From a virus (lineage: Duplodnaviria > Caudoviricetes), in IMG/VR virus record IMGVR_UViG_3300035135_001487, positions 1 to 47,704 of that record: 47,704 nt of DNA; one strand, written 5' to 3'. Positions 44,454-47,704 of the stretch are shown here, piece by piece (within the stretch, counting starts at the first letter, position 1; every line of letters begins with the position of its first letter). The notes under the pieces are model-generated. The model saw only the letters and a list, made by a program, of their open reading frames with translations. It searched no databases and was not told where the DNA came from. Both the position numbers and the translations under genes were made by a program.

Positions 44454-45737
44454 TTAATTAGGTTTCTTTGTATTTCCTGCTGAAGAACCACCAACAATCT
44501 TATGAGTATGAGTTGATAGTTTAACTTTATTCTTCGCTGTAACCTCACCAGCAGCCTTAATACTCGAATCGTTAGTTTGAGCACCAGTGATATGGACTGT
44601 TCCATCCACTGTTAGGTTTGTGGTCATGGTTGTATTAGGTGAAGTAAATGTTGTGTTACCTGTTACATCTGCATTGAGTGTCCCACCGATAGTCGCATCT
44701 ACATTACCATCAATGACTTCGGTTACATTACCTTTCACGTATAAGTCTGCATTACCTTCCATGACCTTTGTATCTACATTACCTTTTAACACTGTAGTAT
44801 TGACATTACCAGTGTTAACATGTATATTGACATTACCTTTTTCTACGATTAAATCTACATCTCCAGCAACATACATTTGATTGTCTTTTAACACTGCAGT
44901 GTAATTATCGTTTACTATTCTTTGTACAATACTACCATCGGGATGTACTTCTGAGAAAGTACCTGACCTATGATATTGTCTCAATCTTTCTTTACCAAGT
45001 GTATCGTCTATCTCGAATACATGTCCTGACTCTGATTCGTAAACTTTGTTATACGGATATACAGGTTCTGCTTTTGAATCGGGGAATGTAATCTCACCAC
45101 CCGTGATACTTTCTTGAAGTGTAGTGTTAAAGTCTACTGGTAACTTTTCACCTCTTGCATACTTTGACAAATCGGATGCATCAGTGTATAATGGATAGTA
45201 AGGTAAATCATCTTCTGTTAATTCTTGTTCTGTAATCTTAGAACCAGTTGCATCATATGTGATTTCTAATGACTCGGGTTGTTTTGGTGCTGTATCTAAT
45301 GCAGTTGTTAATCCAAAAGTTCTGAGAGGTTGTTCTGCAGAATTAGGCCCATCGGGTTTATCTGTATATGCATCGAGTGTTAAACCTCTTGGGTCATTGA
45401 ATCCTTTTTCAATTGACCTTTCTAATAATTCATCTGTAATAGTTTCTTTATATCCTGCTTGAGGAATACCAGCAGCAACACCAGTCACTACGTAATCTTG
45501 CATGACATCATTGTCTCTAAAGAAACCGATTACCGTAGACCCTTCAACGAGTCCGTGTTGTGTTCCAAAACCTGAAAGACCAGCACCAGTTGTTGGAAGA
45601 ATAACTTGTGACCATGGTAAGTCGGGGGTTGCAATCAATGCTTTAACGTCTGTATGGATTCCATGTACACGAACTCTAACTCTACCAATCTTGAGAGGGT
45701 CTTGTCTATCTTCAACTATACCATAAAAATATTTCAT
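44454..45737 (-). CDS. gp5: Baseplate central spike (gp5-like, no lysozyme domain)
   Basis: OB-fold GIVEDRQDPLKIGRVRVR..LPW, YPYNKV..ESGH..EIDDT, VxGN beta-helix repeats, C-terminal HTH (His-Thr-His). Confidence 0.92.
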   Translation of the reverse strand: MKYFYGIVEDRQDPLKIGRVRVRVHGIHTDVKALIATPDLPWSQVILPTTGAGLSGFGTQHGLVEGSTVIGFFRDNDVMQDYVVTGVAAGIPQAGYKETITDELLERSIEKGFNDPRGLTLDAYTDKPDGPNSAEQPLRTFGLTTALDTAPKQPESLEITYDATGSKITEQELTEDDLPYYPLYTDASDLSKYARGEKLPVDFNTTLQESITGGEITFPDSKAEPVYPYNKVYESESGHVFEIDDTLGKERLRQYHRSGTFSEVHPDGSIVQRIVNDNYTAVLKDNQMYVAGDVDLIVEKGNVNIHVNTGNVNTTVLKGNVDTKVMEGNADLYVKGNVTEVIDGNVDATIGGTLNADVTGNTTFTSPNTTMTTNLTVDGTVHITGAQTNDSSIKAAGEVTAKNKVKLSTHTHKIVGGSSAGNTKKPN

Positions 45738-47185
45738 TATATCTCCTCAGGCCCTTCCATGTTTTCTTGTGGATTGACATCTCTCAAGTCAACTGCAAAA
45801 CTTTCTTTGACACACTCTAAAATACACACACCACTAAATTCAGATGGGTCTGCTTCCATTGCTATATCCGTAATCAAATATCTATTGTCATTTGCTTTAT
45901 TATCGTTTTGATTTCCTGTTTCGGGTTCAGTGATTTCCAACTCTACAATAGTTCCAACTGATAAGTCTGTTCTTAATGGTATAGTAACTACGATTTTATG
46001 TTGTTGTAATATCTCCAACAATGCACGTCTCTCTAATCTACCATTGTCTTTTGTTTTGTAACCTTCAAAATTTTCTTGTGCAGAAATATCATCTGCATTA
46101 TCATAAGCATGAAGTGTAGTGTAATCATATAACACTACTCCATCTGGCACTTTGTTGGGTGCAAGGTCTACATCCACTTCTGATACACTAGGAGATGTAG
46201 TTTTCTCGATTACTTCTCCAGTAGTGAGTGTCTTTTCTACAAACTCTTTTTTCCCGTCTGTTAAAATCATGGGGAAACCTGATAAGTGTTTTCCTCTATC
46301 AAAAGTTTCTTCCATATCATAATACACATCTTCTTCCACCTTTCTGATAGGGTCATATACTTTCATACTCGATGCATAAGCACCAGTAACCGTTCCTCTT
46401 AATGTATCAAAGATATGTGGTTTATAGTGGTTGATGATTTGTGCATTTAGACCTGCCTTCGCATTGATATCCATCTCTTCTGTATCCAGTGTTCCTGATA
46501 CTGGACGATTTGAAAAGACCATAGGAAACTCTGACTCAAACATTTCATCGATGGACTTAAATCGGAACCCACCATTTAGCGTCTGATAAAAGAACATTCC
46601 ATTTCTATAGGAAGGGTTAGGTGATTTGTTTGAGTTGTTTACAACGTAATCTATGAAGGTTGCAACGTTCCAGTTGGGGCATATGAACTGTTGATTCTCG
46701 GGTAATGTCTTCTCCCAGTGGTCAAACTCTTCGGGTTGTATATGTGCTTCATCTATTAACATGTTCTGAAGCATTTGGTCGTATGAACCTCTGAGAACTT
46801 TACTAACTCTCTTACGTCTCACAAAGAACATACGGGGGTCACATAACTTTAGAACGTAAGTAGTGAGGTCTTCTTTTGGTCTATTTACGTTTTTAACTTT
46901 ATAGACTCTAAATGTCTTATCGATTGCAAATTCTTTTTCTGCAGTATCACCTACGCCTTCGATTTGCTTCATACAGACACGAACATATTCTTGTCCTGAA
47001 AATTTAAAGTTCTTGATTAGGTTGAGACCATCAAATAAATCGACACTACCTGTTACAAATTTTTTGTAAATACTTTCGTAAAGTTTAAAGCCAGTACAAA
47101 GTTTAGTGATGTCTACAGACTCACCATCTTGATTTACCAGTGTAAGGGCATCTAGGTAAAATCCACCCGCTTTAAAATTTTCCAT
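45737..47185 (-). CDS. Probable baseplate hub protein (gp27-like)
   Basis: Lies between gp53 and gp5; LYESIY, FFYQT..GFRFKSID, YLITDI. Assigned mostly by synteny. Confidence 0.6.
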   Translation of the reverse strand: MENFKAGGFYLDALTLVNQDGESVDITKLCTGFKLYESIYKKFVTGSVDLFDGLNLIKNFKFSGQEYVRVCMKQIEGVGDTAEKEFAIDKTFRVYKVKNVNRPKEDLTTYVLKLCDPRMFFVRRKRVSKVLRGSYDQMLQNMLIDEAHIQPEEFDHWEKTLPENQQFICPNWNVATFIDYVVNNSNKSPNPSYRNGMFFYQTLNGGFRFKSIDEMFESEFPMVFSNRPVSGTLDTEEMDINAKAGLNAQIINHYKPHIFDTLRGTVTGAYASSMKVYDPIRKVEEDVYYDMEETFDRGKHLSGFPMILTDGKKEFVEKTLTTGEVIEKTTSPSVSEVDVDLAPNKVPDGVVLYDYTTLHAYDNADDISAQENFEGYKTKDNGRLERRALLEILQQHKIVVTIPLRTDLSVGTIVELEITEPETGNQNDNKANDNRYLITDIAMEADPSEFSGVCILECVKESFAVDLRDVNPQENMEGPEEI

Positions 47186-47188
47186 AGT

Positions 47189-47704
47189 TTACTTGGATAT
47201 CACTCTTTCAAACTGAGATACAACTTGTCTTATGTAGTTTGGTTTAATGATTTTAATTGTTCTTTTTTCTTCGTTTCTTTCTGATTCAACTTCAAAATTA
47301 CTTACTGCAGTAAATCCTTCTGCTGGGTCTGTTCTTTTTATACCATCACTATTCTTATAATGATGTGGAGCATCTTGAGGATTTAAAACAGATGATACTG
47401 TAAATGACTTTGAACTGTTTGCACCTGTTACTACACTACCACCCACAAACACTTCTTTATCAACTTTGATTCTTTTATGTAGGGGTTCAACTGAAACAAC
47501 ATGTGCTGATTGTGAAGCACTTGATATACTTTCACCCACAAGAAATTTACTGGATGATGTTATGATGTCTGAGGTTTGAGATGCAACAAGATATTGTCCA
47601 CTGTATTTTTCAGTCATGTAATTATTAAATGTCTCTGAGTCTTTATACCAATCATAATAATTATCGATGTCATTTATCATGAAGAATACCCAGTGCAAGT
47701 CACC
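47189..47704 (-). CDS. gp53: Baseplate wedge protein, 5'-truncated by the window edge
   Basis: Frame open to the edge (GDLHWVFFMINDI...DW); PHHY; C-terminal E.ERNEEKRTIKIIKP. Confidence 0.85.
   Translation of the reverse strand, partial: GDLHWVFFMINDIDNYYDWYKDSETFNNYMTEKYSGQYLVASQTSDIITSSSKFLVGESISSASQSAHVVSVEPLHKRIKVDKEVFVGGSVVTGANSSKSFTVSSVLNPQDAPHHYKNSDGIKRTDPAEGFTAVSNFEVESERNEEKRTIKIIKPNYIRQVVSQFERVISK

Overview
The window is the late (virion structural) region of a low-GC T4-like myovirus, with every credible gene on the minus strand. In transcription order (right to left) it runs gp53 (partial), probable hub, gp5, gp25, gp6, a small protein, gp7, gp8 and a VrlC-like 2229-aa protein. 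A ~20-kb fibre/accessory island follows, then gp13-gp20, a gp67-like ORF and a partial ORF. T4-type late promoters (TATAAATA and variants) precede many genes. The standout is in the island: two gene pairs (605 aa + 420 aa; 458 aa + 313 aa) encode Q/R-x-P-Tyr repeat proteins whose irregular arrays are mirror images. The unit-length order of one chain read N->C equals that of its partner read C->N (45 units, 400 vs 398 aa; 31 units, 266 vs 264 aa), with consistent unit pairing and residue covariation and no DNA inverted repeat. I infer two-chain antiparallel 'protein zipper' stalks carrying a variable head and docked on fibre tips. A glycosyltransferase and two 2OG-Fe(II) oxygenases lie next to them. 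All gene calls come from motif recognition and synteny; no searches were run.
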